Below the pieces are notes generated by a model. That model did not search any database and was not told the DNA's origin. It saw nothing but the letters and a program-made list of their open reading frames with translations. Positions 1-12,400 of a DNA stretch of 64,000 nucleotides are shown here, piece by piece (within the stretch, counting starts at the first letter, position 1; every line of letters starts with the position of its first letter). The DNA is from Cenococcum geophilum (Eukaryota), in assembly GCA_050273025.1 (NCBI GenBank), contig CP158635.1, positions 22,382,001 through 22,446,000 of the forward strand. The letters run 5' to 3'. Position numbers and translations under genes: made by a program.

Positions 1-2504
1 TAAGGGAAACACTAGGTGACCCTTACCTACCTACACTCTGCTAGACAGATTAAAACTAGTACATAAACGATAATAGGGAAAAAATAAAAATACTTATAGA
101 GAGATTCTTTTTAGGTGTGTGCCAAGCGGACCTATAGGATATTAGTAACTAAGACCTCCCCCTACCTCTAGAGATAAGCTAGATAGTCTTACTAAAGGAA
201 ATAAAAGATGCTATATGGAGACTCCTTACTAGTAAAGCGGCGGGGCTTAATAGGATCCTAAATAAGGCGATTAAAGCTATATTAGAGGCTATAGCTATAC
301 TACTAGCTAACGCCGCAACTATCTGCTTCCTTAAAGGTAAGCTACTAAAATGCTGTAAAGAAATAATTACAGTCGTTCTCCGAAAAGTAAATAAAAAGGA
401 CTACTCCCTACTAGGAAGCTACTGACTAGTTGCCCTTAAAAACACGCTAGGAAAGATACTAGAAAAGATAGTGGTAGAACATATATAAGAGGCCGTAAAG
501 GAGCAAGGGCTACTACCGTAGACATAAATAGGCGCAAGAAAGAAGTGATTAACCCTCTTAGCTTTCTCCCTAATTACCTCTAGCGTCTAGGCGGCGTGGC
601 AAGCCCGCCTAGGCTGTGTAGTATTTATACTAAGCCTAGATATAAGCGGAGCCTTCGACCACGTATTATATAAGAGGCTCCTATAAATCCTAAAAAAGAA
701 GGGCCTACTAGATTAGATAATTAAGTTTATCTAAGCCTTCCTAATAGGGCGCACCACTAAAATAGTATTTAAGGGCTACGAAAGCGAAACAATACCGATA
801 CCTATAGGTATCCTATAAGGATTACCCCTTTCACCAATCCTATTCCTTTTCTTTATATCTAAGCTACTAGAGACGTTTAATAGTAACTATAGAATAGTAG
901 CCCTAGGATTTGTAGACGATACAAACCTAATTATATAGGGAGACACGGTAGCAGAAAACTGTATTAGGCTAAATTAAGCATATAATAGGTGTATTACATA
1001 GGCAAAGCGACACGGGGTTAAATTCACACTAGACAAATACTAGCTTATCTACTTTATAAGAAAAAGGAGGGCAAATAACGACTTAGTATTAACGGTAAAT
1101 ATCTAGGGATGCGAAGCAAAACTAGAAGCAACCCTTAAGGTCCTAGGGGTCTAGGTAGACGCTAAACTAAACTGGAACGCGTATATCACACAGGCGACCC
1201 ATAGGGGAGCAGCGGCGTTTGTAGCGGTATTATGAATAGCAGCTTTAACCTAGGGACCCTCCTTTAGACGTATACGGCTACTATATACAGTAGTAGTAAG
1301 ACCGACAATGCTATACGGCGCCCAGATCTAGGGCATAGGACTAAACAGCAAACCACTAGCAAAGAGCTCCCTAGCGCTATTAGAAAAAATATAAAACTAA
1401 TGCCTATGTAGAATTATAGGGGCCTATAAAAGGACACTACGCGCCGCACTAGAGCGCGAAGCAGCAGTACTACTAATAGACGTATATATAGAGGCAACCG
1501 CTATATAGAGAGCAGCCACAGTATAAGACCACCTAGTGGAGAAGGAGATACGCTAGATACTAGAACGTATATAAGGAATAAGGGCCCCCTAAAGGGGTAC
1601 TACGCCTAAGCTTATAAGCTAAGAGACCCTACGCCTATAGGCGGGAGAGAGGGAACAGGAAATACGGGAGCTACTATAACACCAAGCGGAGAACCGGCGC
1701 CGCGCTAGTAGAGCGCTACTACGGTAATAGAGGATAGGGGGCTACTAGTATAAGTGGAGATCTACTACATGCATCACAAGATGGGCAGATATTAAGTAGA
1801 AACGGCGATAGAAGAAGGCCGTAAAAGCACAAAAAGCAACTACATGGGGCACCCTATAGTTAAAGCCGACTCTCCCCCTATATAAAGGACAGACGAAGGC
1901 GGAATCTATAGCCGCCTTCCTTTTATAGACAGAGGTCCTAGGACTAAACGCATGGCTAGCAAGCATCTACGTCCCAAATACTACACCACACTGCACCTGC
2001 GGGTGGCCTACACAGTTAGTACGCCACGTTTTACTCTTCTGCAACTACCGTATAAAAAGAGACCAGCTATTTACTAGGGTGGGTACACATAATCTTACCC
2101 AAATGCTCTTTATAAGTAGGGGCCTATATATAGCTGCAAAATGGCTTATAGGCTAAGGAGTTCTCTAGCAGTTCTAGATAGCGGATAAGATTTAATAGGA
2201 GGACATGGGGGGATACGCCCCTCTCCAGCCCCTTAGGGACTAGACACCCCCGCTAAGATAAAAGTAGCGCGTAGGCAAACCACTAGACCCTCCTACTACC
2301 CCCCTAGATCTTCTAAGATACCTTAAAAGTATAGTTTAAAAGGTAAACAGGCTAGGCGAAGGCGGAGCGCGTAAGACTAGCTGGAAGGTTAAACTAAGGT
2401 TTTTCCCCTTACTAGGGATTTTTCCTGTAAATAGAAGGTATAAGCCTGTATGGACCTAGAAAAGGGACCGAATCGGGCAATAAATAGAATCAATAATAAT
2501 AATA
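1..2504 (+). mobile_element. Non-LTR retrotransposon (Tad1/CgT-like LINE), 3' part of ORF2, RIP-inactivated, cut by window start
   Basis: RT motifs LDISGAFDHV (~637), GIP(Q)GSPLSPILF (~807), GFVDDTNL (~906); C-terminal CTCG...VRHVLLFC zinc knuckle (~1990-2042); AATAAA at 2479 then (AAT)n tail 2492-2503. No RNase H recognised. Confidence 0.93.
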
Positions 2505-3389
2505 GGTCCTGGTTATATAGAGGGTATTAAGACGGTTATTAATGTTTTTGCTTTTACGCTTAGCCGCAGTATACCTTACCTTAGCGGATTAAAGCAGTAA
2601 TTCTATTTATTATAGCTGACATTAAATAGCTTAAAGTTTTAGTATAAAAATTTCCTCTATATCCTTAAATGTGGTAATTGCTGTCTATATAATGCTAATA
2701 GTAAAATTGCTTATAACGTCCAACTTTATAAAGTCCTTAAGTTTAATAAGCTCTTTAATATGCTCGGCCGCTGTTAAAGTGGTTATATTATATAATACTA
2801 AGTCGCCTATTAGGCTAAAGATATCTTTAATAATATTAGGAAATCTGTTTATAGACTAGCTGGTTCCTAAAATATATTAGATTTTTATATTTATAAGCTC
2901 TTTTAGCTATAGTATATTATAGTAATCGGCAATTACATTAATATAGACGTGATAAAGTGTAATATAGGCCGTTATCGGCCGTATTGTTATATCTTTATTA
3001 TCGCTACTACTATTATCTAGTTTAGATGGTAATAAGGTATTAGCGTCGTTAATATTAGATCCTTACTCCTCCTTACCATTCTTATAGTCCCTCTTATATA
3101 TAAATTAGATTATCCTCTTAACGGTGCTAGAATTAAACTCGTTAATATTTATAATATTAGTTACCGCCTCCTACCCGTTAGTTAGTTAGTTAGGGTTGAT
3201 TTTACTAAATATTTAGTTAGCTTTTACCCAAAAGCCTTTATTATAGGCAGTTGTAAGTATAGGAGATTAGGTATATATAATTGCTTTATAGACTTTAAAC
3301 TCTAGCCCCTAGTATATAAGTTTTAAGTCGCTATATTTCTTGCTGTCTATAAGCTATACTAAGCTAAATAAAATACTCTTAGATAGCAT
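2505..3389 (-). pseudogene. BTB/POZ-domain protein gene, RIP-inactivated; 3' end abuts the LINE tail
   Basis: From ATG at 3389, RIP-corrected: LIDSKKYSDLKLI(C)(Q)GLEFKV(H)KAI(VC)T(Q)SP..., later HVYINVIADYY(D)I..LKEL; typical fungal BTB motifs. Confidence 0.8.
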
Positions 3390-4129
3390 ATTTCTCTAGT
3401 TTTAACTATATCTTAAGTAATATTTAAGGGAGTAATTTAGTGTTAAATAGGATAAGTAAGAATAAGAATTCTGCTTTATTAAATATAGCTCTAGAGCCTC
3501 TATATATATATTAAGAAGTCATTATTAGCTCCGTTTAATCTACAACGGATTTAGCTAGTTAGTTAGAGCTTTAAATATTAGTCGCTTAACTAAGGACTAG
3601 TATAACTTCTAAAGTTCTAAAAAGGGTAAGTAGTAGGGTGTATAGCCGCAGTACCTAGAAGTAGTTAGTAGTTATATAATAGGGGCTTAGTTAGGGGACG
3701 TATTTCTATAGCTTAGGTTAAGGCTTTATACTCCTCTAAGCCATATTAAGTAAAGTTAAATAGTATTATATTCCTGTGTACCAGCCCGCTAATTATACTA
3801 TTCCACTTTTTCCTTAACTATATGCTAATATAACCTATATAATTACCTAGCTTATAAGATTAGCTATGCTTACATAGTTTATAAAATTAAGTATTAGGTT
3901 TTAAAAGACTACTTTTATATAGCCTTTCTATTTTTATTATAAAAGAAGTATATTTATACTAGGTATTTTAGCAAGGCTAGGAGAAAAGAGCGTAAAAAGG
4001 GGGTTTAATTTTAGTAGGGGTTATAAGTATAGGCGAACGTAAAGGCATAAGGTGGGAAGGGCTTTAGGCTTAGTTATAAAATAATAGTAAATCGCTAAAC
4101 CATTATATAAGCCGTATAAGATCTTATAT

Positions 4130-5577
4130 TCTCTAAATAAAATTAAGCAATTTAAACAGCGTAGTTCCTTTATATAAACTTAAATCATTTCCTCTACAGA
4201 AGTACTATAGCTGCTGTAAGTATTAGCAGAGCCTAGAATACTAATTAAACTATAAGGGAGGGCCTAGCAGCCTAGTTAGCTTTATTAAGTTCCTTAACCT
4301 CTTTATTTAATTACTCTAAAGCTTCCTTTTTACCTTTTATAAACTGTATATCGCCGGAAAGGCAATTAGATATTATCGCTTCTCTATTATAATTAAGTGC
4401 CGTTATAGCTAATATGCCACCACGGTAGCCCGGTACAGCTAAAGATATTTTAATAATTGTATTACGTATAGAAATTATAGCCTAGCGAATATTAGGTGGA
4501 ATATATAGAATGCCAATAATTTTATAAAGCTTTAAGATTTTAGGGACCTACTCGCTTATAATATAGGCAATTACTTACCTTTACTTTACGTAATTTGCCT
4601 TTATTTTATCTAATAAAGGTAATAACTCGTTTTCTATCCTCCTTAAAAATATTTTCCCCTAACTTCAGAACCTAATAGGCCGACCCTTAGCCTATATTAG
4701 ATATATCCATTACAATAATAGATACCTAAAAGTAGCGATTAGATTACTAAAGATATAAAAGGGGTAGGTTATATACTGCCTACTTTAGTAGGTAAGTTAT
4801 TACCGGTCTTTAGAGGAGGTCTTTAAAGGTCTTAGAGGTTTATTTATATATTAATTAGTAAAACCCTAGCAAAGGCAGTATATGCGTATTAATAAGGTTA
4901 AACTATATAGTAGTTCTTATTAGAGTAATAAGAAAGTGCGTAGATTTAAGTTAGGCTATAAATAGTATAGAATGCATAAAGGTAGGCCTAAATATAACTT
5001 ACTAGACGGCATAAATATAAGAAGATGTCTATTCTAGCCTTGCTATAGGTATAAAAAGATCAGTAAAGGGTAAGATTAAGTATACTTATAGAATATAAAA
5101 GGCTAACCTATTATAAGTAAAAAAGCCTAGCTTGGCTGGCTATAGGTATAATTACGTAGCATAGGGGGAGGTATAAATTAGCATGCCACAATTATATATA
5201 GAAATGTGAAAACGTTATATAATAGCCTTCGCTATACTATTTGCGGAAGGAATAGCTTTTACTAGTAGAGAGACGTATTCTTCTTTAAATTAATCCCTAA
5301 AGCCTTAATCCTGGTAACTATATCCTCCCTATATACGTTCTTATATATATCCCTATCTTTATCCCAGTCCTTTTCTATACTGTATTTTATATTGCGATTT
5401 CTATTATCCTATATCTTACGCTCTATCTATTATAGGGTTTCTTTTTCGCTATTTATCTTCTTAACTATACCTAAAAATATAAGAACTTTATAATAATTCC
5501 CTTAGTAAATAAATTCCCTAAAGACTGTTTTTTTAGCTATAGTATTAGTAGCGGGCTAAAGTATAGCGGATAGCCAT
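4130..5577 (-). pseudogene. RIP-degraded gene of unknown function
   Basis: ATG at 5577 opens a frame broken mainly by RIP-type TAA/TAG; GTAAGT donor on minus strand near 4578; no domain recognised; ends approximate. Confidence 0.3.
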
Positions 5578-5659
5578 TATATTAAGAATCTGTAAAGCTA
5601 ACATGCGGAACGTTAGGTACCCTACGTAAACTTTGACCCGAGTTTAAAAGCTTTAACTT

Positions 5660-8265
5660 AGAGCCTTATATATAGAGTTTAATTAATATATTAATATAGA
5701 TATAGATATAAGGTTTTCTAGGGGGAGACCCCCTGGACCCCCCCTCTATGCTTTTGCTTAATTTAAAAGTAGTAGTAAGGCTAATGCGCCTTAATTACTA
5801 CTAAGTAATATTTTCTTACTAAGAGGATCTATTATAGAGACTAAGGCGCCTTACTTAAGTTAGGTTTAATTTAGAAGTAATATAGTCTAATTAATATCTA
5901 CTAATATATATAGACATAAGGCTTTCTAAAAGGAGACCCCCTAGATCTCCTTATAGAGCTTTTAAAAGTAGTAGTAAAGCTAAGGCGCCTTAGTTACTGC
6001 TAGGTAGAGCCTTGTATAGAGCTTTAGTAGAGCCTCGTGCAGAGCTTTAGTAGAGCCTCGTGCGGAGCTTTGTATAGAGCCTTGCGCAGAGCTACGTATA
6101 GACGTATAGATATGTAGACGTGCAGCCGTTTATTCTGGCGATTAATTGCAGAGATATTTATAGAGACGATTGTATAGGCAATTGTATGGGCGTTTAATTA
6201 ATCGTTCGTACGGGCGTTCGTATAGGCAATTAATTAATTAATTAATAGTATAGACGTTTGTAGAGCTGTAAGTAAAGCCATGCATAGAGCTATTTATAGA
6301 ACCGTTCGTAGAGACATTTATACAGGCGTTTAATTTATTAATTAATTAATTGTATAGGCGTTTATATAGGCAATTAATTAATTAATTGACTAATTATATG
6401 GGCGTTTATATGGGCGATCGTGTAGATGTTTGTAGAGCCGTTTATAGAGCTGTTTGTGTAGACGATTATAGAGCCTTCCTAGTATATTAGTGCTATATGT
6501 TAGTAGAGATTTAGAGCTCCGTATTAAGCTTTAAGTAGAGTTTCGGGTAGAGCTTCGAGCTCAAGGGGGAGACCCCCTTGGACCCCCCCCCCCCCCCCCC
6601 CTACGCACTGCATACTCTATTTACCGCGTAGGCAGAGCTCTTGCGGAGGTTTTAGTAGAGCGTTTGGTAGAGCTTTTGCGGAGCTTCGTGCAGATCTTTT
6701 GCAGAGCTTCGTGTAGATCTTTGGTGGAGCTTCGTGCAGAGCTTTGGTAGAGCTTCGTGTAGAGCCTTGGTAGAGCTTTGTCCAGAGCTTTAGTAGAGCT
6801 TTGTGCAAAGCTTTGGTAGAGCTTTAGTAGAGCTTCGGTAGAGCTTCGTGTAGAGCTTCGGTAGAGCTTTGTACAGAGCCTTATGTAGAGCCACATGCAG
6901 GCGTTCGCACGGGCGATTAACTGCAGAGACGTTTGTAGAGATGATTGTATAGGCAATTGCATGGACGTTTGATTAATCGATTGTATGGGTGTTTAATTAA
7001 TTGTATAGGCGTTTGTACAGGCGATTGTGCAGACGTTCGTAGAGCCGTTTATAGAGCCGTTCGTGTAGACGATTATAGAGCCTTCCTAGTATATTAGTGC
7101 TGCGTATTAGTAGAGCTTTAGAGTTCCGTATTAAGCTTCGAGTAGAGCTTTAAGTAGAGCTTTAAGCTCAAGGGGGAGACCCCCTTGGACCCCCCCTGCG
7201 CACTACGTGCTCCATTTACTGCGTGGGCAGAGCTCTTGCAGAGGCTTTAGTAAAGCGTTTGGTAAAGCTTTTGCAGAGCTTCATATAGAGCTTCGTATAA
7301 AGCTTCGTATAGATCTTCTATAGAGCTACATGCAGGCGTAGACGTTCGTACGGGCGATCAATTGTAGAGACGTTTATAGAGACGATCGTATAGGCAATTA
7401 TATAGACGTTTGATTGATTAATCATATGGACGTTTAATTGATCGTTCGTATGGGCGTTCATACGGGCGTTTGCACGGGCGATCGTGTAGACGTTTATAGA
7501 GCCGTTCGTAGAGCCGTTCGTAGAGACGATTGTACGGCGATTAATCGTATGGGCGGTTATACGGCCGATTGCAGAACCTTCCTAGTATATTAGTACTGCG
7601 AGTTAGTAGAGCTTTGGAGCTCTGTATAGGGCTTTAAGTAAAGCTTCGAGTAGAGCTTCGAGCAGAGCTTCAAGGGGGAGACCCCCTTGGACCCCCCTGC
7701 GCACTACGTGCTCCATTTACTGCGTGGGCAGAGCTCTTACAGAGGCTTTAGTAGAGACTTTAGTAGAGCTTTTAGTAGAGCTTTTAATAGAGCTTTGCAG
7801 AGCTTTGTGCAGAGCTTTGTGTAAAGCTTTGTGTAGAGCTTTGTATAGAGCTTTATGTAGAGCTTCTATAGAGCCACGTGTAGGCGTGTAGGGTGCAGAC
7901 GCTCGTACGGGTGATCAATTATAGAGACGTTTGTAGAGACGATCGCATGGGCAGTTATATGGACGTTCGTACGGGCGATCGTGTAGACGTTTGTAGAGCC
8001 GTTCGTAAAGCCGTTCGTAAAGCCGTTCGTGGAGCCGTTCGTAGAGCCGTTCGTAGAGACGATTGTACGGCGATTGACCGTATGGGCAGATTGCAGAACC
8101 TTCCTAGTATATTAGTGCTGCGTGTTAGTAGAGCTTTGGAGCTCCGTATAGGGCTTTGAGTAAAGCTTTGAGCAGGGCTTTAAGCTTTGTACGGAGCTTC
8201 GTGCAGAGGTTTTGCAGGGCTTTAGTAGAGCTTAGTGCAGAGCTTTTCCAGAGCTTTGGTAGAAC
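5660..8265 (+). repeat. Composite minisatellite array: ~500-600-bp units of 12-mers, each headed by a G5-AGA-C5 hairpin
   Basis: CAAGGGGGAGACCCCCTTGGACCCCCC at 6562, 7169, 7671 (degenerate at ~5720, ~5930); 12-mers GCAGAGCTTCGT and GTAGAGCCGTTC; block CCTTCCTAGTATATTAGTGCT closes each unit (~6474, 7081, ~7577, ~8099). Confidence 0.9.
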
Positions 8266-8321
8266 TCAAGGTTTTGATGTTCGTCACGTAGATTCTGCCA
8301 CACCTTACCGCGCGCGGTTTT

Positions 8322-8450
8322 GTTTCTAACCAATTAGAAGCCGAATTTCTAACCAATTAGCAGCTGGCTTGGCGGAAGTTTGAATTCCAGGACCCCCCAA
8401 CCCGAATATATAGACCACTCGTACCTCGGGTCAATTAGGTTATATAAAAA
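8322..8450 (+). promoter_or_regulatory. Duplicated CCAAT boxes with downstream TATA-like element
   Basis: TTTCTAACCAATTAG twice (~8323, ~8346), then GGTCAATTAGGTTATATAAAA (~8429); function inferred only. Confidence 0.35.
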
Positions 8451-9064
8451 AAATTATTTCTTAGCTTTTACCTTAATTTTCTTAAGTTTATAATTATTGT
8501 AGTAGGTAAATAGAGCCTAGTTTATATCCTAAGCGCGGATATAGGTATATCCATCTCTCTAAAACTAGGGGTCCTTTTAAGCTATCTCTATAGTAATATT
8601 AAGACTAGTTATTTTTATAAGGTTGCTTAAATATAAAGATAATTACAGGTAGATAATAGTAAGGAAAGTTTAGGTTAATCTAAAATGCATATATATAGTA
8701 GGTAATAAAGACTTTTTCTAAAAGTACTAATGCCTAATTAATACTAATGCTATAAGTAACAAAGATTAGTAAATACTTATCTTAGATAAAGGTTGTTAAA
8801 CGCATTAAGGTAAAAAAAGGGGTTTTATAGGGCAAACATCTTCTTACCCCTAGCTATACTAGACGCTTATAGAATATAGGGACACTATTAATGTCGCGGG
8901 TAGTGAAAATTGGTAAAGGCTAAGAATAGTGCTTAAGGCATAAGTTGGGGTTTCTAGATAGTAAGAAGACGCTATAAATAAATCTGCTAAAGTATATCCT
9001 ATATACCTCTAAGTTCTTTACCCCGCCGCTAGTTTTATAGGTATATTAGCTATATACTATTTAA

Positions 9065-9488
9065 TGTTACGGACGCTTTAAGTACACTATTACGACTACT
9101 TGGAGAAGAGTTGGAAGAAGCTAGTTGGTTAATATAGGCACGGTTCAGGATGGATCTAGTAGAACTATGTGACAAGGAATGGTAACCGAGTCACGTAATG
9201 TGATCTGTATAATCTGTGTAATCTGTGTGATCCGCGACAGAGTAGATAGAGTACACGTACCTTACGTACAAGGAGGGTTTCCTAGGAGTACGGTTGTGTA
9301 TTTAAAGGACCATAGTCCCTACTCTAGATAGTTCTTTCCTTGTAGTGATTCTTAGAATATAATTAGAGTTAATCTATTAGGCAACTACTCCACCAGTTAT
9401 TATTACGTTATTAACTTTAATTTACATTACCTACACACCTAGCCCAATAATGAGCCCATCGTAGTTCTTGCTACAAGGTTCCGTTATA
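9065..9488 (+). repeat. 5' LTR of Ty3-1
   Basis: Begins TGTTAC; colinear with 16633-17056, differences mostly transitions. Confidence 0.95.
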
Positions 9489-12400
9489 TAATTACTACCT
9501 AGTTACAGTATTAAATATAGAAAGTTAAACAATATGCTACTAAAAGCAGCCACTATAACGCCATCGACGGCGGCAACTACTTTAAGGTCAGGAGGTGATA
9601 CTAGTATGGCAGATACTAACTTATAGCAACCTATAACGGTCGGACAACTATAAGAAATAGTTGACTAGTTAATAGAGAACAATGCGACACTTAAATAAAG
9701 GATTAACAGGATAGGAGCAGCAAAGATTAAGTTACCATTAATTAAGAGATTCTTAGGAGAGAGGTTGAAGCTTAAAGGATTTCTTATATAAATGCACTTT
9801 AAGGTAGCGCAGGAAGGAGTAAAGCTGGTAACATTTATAGATCGAATAGCTTATGCGGGACTATTCCTGTTAGGAAGAGTACTTAAATGGTTTAAGCCTT
9901 ACCTTATAGAGATATAGGTAAATGGAATAACAATTACTAATTAAGAGGTGCGGTTTATATTCTTAAGTTGGGAAGAATTTATAGAGCGACTTATATAAAT
10001 ATTTGGAGACCCGGAGGCAGTAACCACGGCAGAAAGAAAACTCTAAGATATTACGCAACGAACCTTAGTAATTAAGTATATAATATAGTTCTAAACGCTA
10101 GCTATATAAGTTAAGTAAAATAATAGGGCGCTTATAGCATAGTATAAACAGGGACTTAAGGCTAAAGTCTAGAACGCAATTATTCTAATAGAAGATGCGG
10201 ATACCCTAAGAAAGTTAATAGATTAAGTAATAAAGATTAATAATAAGATCTACTAAAGGGAACAGACTAAGAGAGGTTAGGACAGAGTTCTATAGTTATA
10301 TAAGACGTAGAGTACGTAACGACTAAAGCTAAGTTAGAAACTATAGTATAGCGTAGAGCTAATAGACCTAAGCGGTACTAAAGAAGCCTATAAAAGATGG
10401 AGTAAGAAACTATAGAAACCTAAAGGTTAAGGATTTAGTGATTATAGGACTAAGGAGCAGAGGCCAAACTAGGGATCTCAGTAGCAGAAGACGTTTAGGC
10501 GGACTCTATAGTAAAGTTAGTGGTTTAGAGATAGAGCTTATATAAATTGTGGGAAACAGGGTTATTTTGTGAGGGATTGTAAAGATGGTTAAAGTTACTA
10601 TATAATAAAGGGAACCCGACTAGTAGAAGATATATACATATAGAGGGATAATAGTATACTATGAGGAACAAAAGAGTGTTTAATTAAAAGTTTTGCATTT
10701 TGTTATAATAACATATACCAAATTTATAAAGACGCTAAGTACGGCGTAAGCTATTGGCTATAAGAGCTAAAACCTATAGAGTGTAGAGGAACTAATGAAC
10801 TATTACGCAGATTGGATATTAAAGATAATAAGTTTGATATAGAGAAAACATTTACAGACAACAAGAAAATAAAGGTAGTTTACTAGGAATATATAAACCT
10901 TAAAGAAGTTATAATAGAAGTAGAGACTGAGACCGCTATAGAGTAAGGTTTAGTAACGGGTATTATAACACTATTAAATACGGTATCTATCGCTTTATAA
11001 GACGGAAGGAGTAATATCTAAAGATAATTAAGTAAGTAGACGACTGCTAGTGCTAGCTTACTACTTAATAAAGGCAAAAGGCTAAAGGCTTAAGATTCTT
11101 AAGATAAGATAAAAGAGATTTAAGATTCCGTAGATAGGATGAGGATAGCTTAGGGACCTATAATGGACAAAAACCGGTAGAACAGAGTAGTAGCTTAATT
11201 TAGAAATATACGAATAAGCTTGGGATAAGAATTCCTATAGGCATTAAATTCTCAAAACAAGATAGATAAGATTTAAGACTCTTAAGATAAGATAAGAATA
11301 CTATGGACGCCTAGTTAAACTAAGGTGGGAGCTAAGCTTAAGTTAGAAGTAAGCTTAGGATTAAAGAATCTAAGGGACTAAGAATTTGGAGTACAAATAA
11401 GGATACCTATAGGTAAGAGGTAAGGAGCTTCTTTATAGATTAGAGAATCTGCGATATAAATAGTAGTTAGACTAGGAGATAGACATATAGACCTAGAGGA
11501 CTTACTAGGGGAATATAGTATTTAGCCTAAAGACCGAAAAGTTAATACTAAGATTAAGAAGTATGATGACTTTAAGGATCTACTCGCAAGACGCGAAAGA
11601 AAGGAAACTATAGAGGAATTTAGAGTGAGAATTACCTTATGGCAAGAATAGAAACTAGATGAGAGATCTAGTACATTGGGATGTATAAGGGACAGAGCAC
11701 CTATACGAAGGGTCACTAATAGGCCTAGAGTAGGCACACTAAGAGCTAAGTGGCTTACTAAACTGGAATAAGAAGAGGATCTAGGGATTCCAACTAGGTT
11801 TGAAGAACGATATATAAAGGGCTGTCACGACGTAGTAATAAGAAGATACTTCCTTATAGATAAGCTGTATACACTTAAAGGATTGTACTAAAAGTGGTAT
11901 AGACAACGACATAATGACGAGTAGGAAGATTTCTATATATAGTTAGATGAGAAAGTTATTTAAGACCACCTAATTATAGAAAAGGCTATAACTTATATTA
12001 AAGGAGCCTTAATTATAACGTCAAAGGATCTAGAGGAGCAATTAAAGGACTGGAGAAGTGAAAGATAAATCTTAGTACCTACGAATAAAGTTGTAACGCT
12101 CAGATTAATATAAGAAAGGTTTAAACTTAAGGATAAAGATAAGCTAAAAGTTAACCTAAGACACTAAGCACATCACACACTATTGTGGATAGTATGCGTG
12201 GATGATGCGTATAATATATATAGGGCACTAAAAGACAAGAATCGAAAATATTTAGTAAGGATGTATTAGTTAATAGATAAGGCGAAATATCAAAATGCTA
12301 AGTATATATATAGTTGGTACCTAGTAGAAGTTCAAGAATAAGGGGACTTAATACTTTAGCTAGGAAAATTCCTTACGGAAGAATGCCTAGATGGACGACA

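Noticed and set aside
6617..8159. Short ORFs in the left array (likewise 27022-27557 and 33078-33287)
   Set aside because: Minisatellite translations without domain signal.
5660..8265. CRISPR-like array
   Set aside because: Eukaryotic context, no unique spacers between constant repeats, no cas genes.
8271..8279. TTTTGATG as another CATCAG-family terminus
   Set aside because: Only TGATG matches; no TIR continuation, partner end or TSD found.
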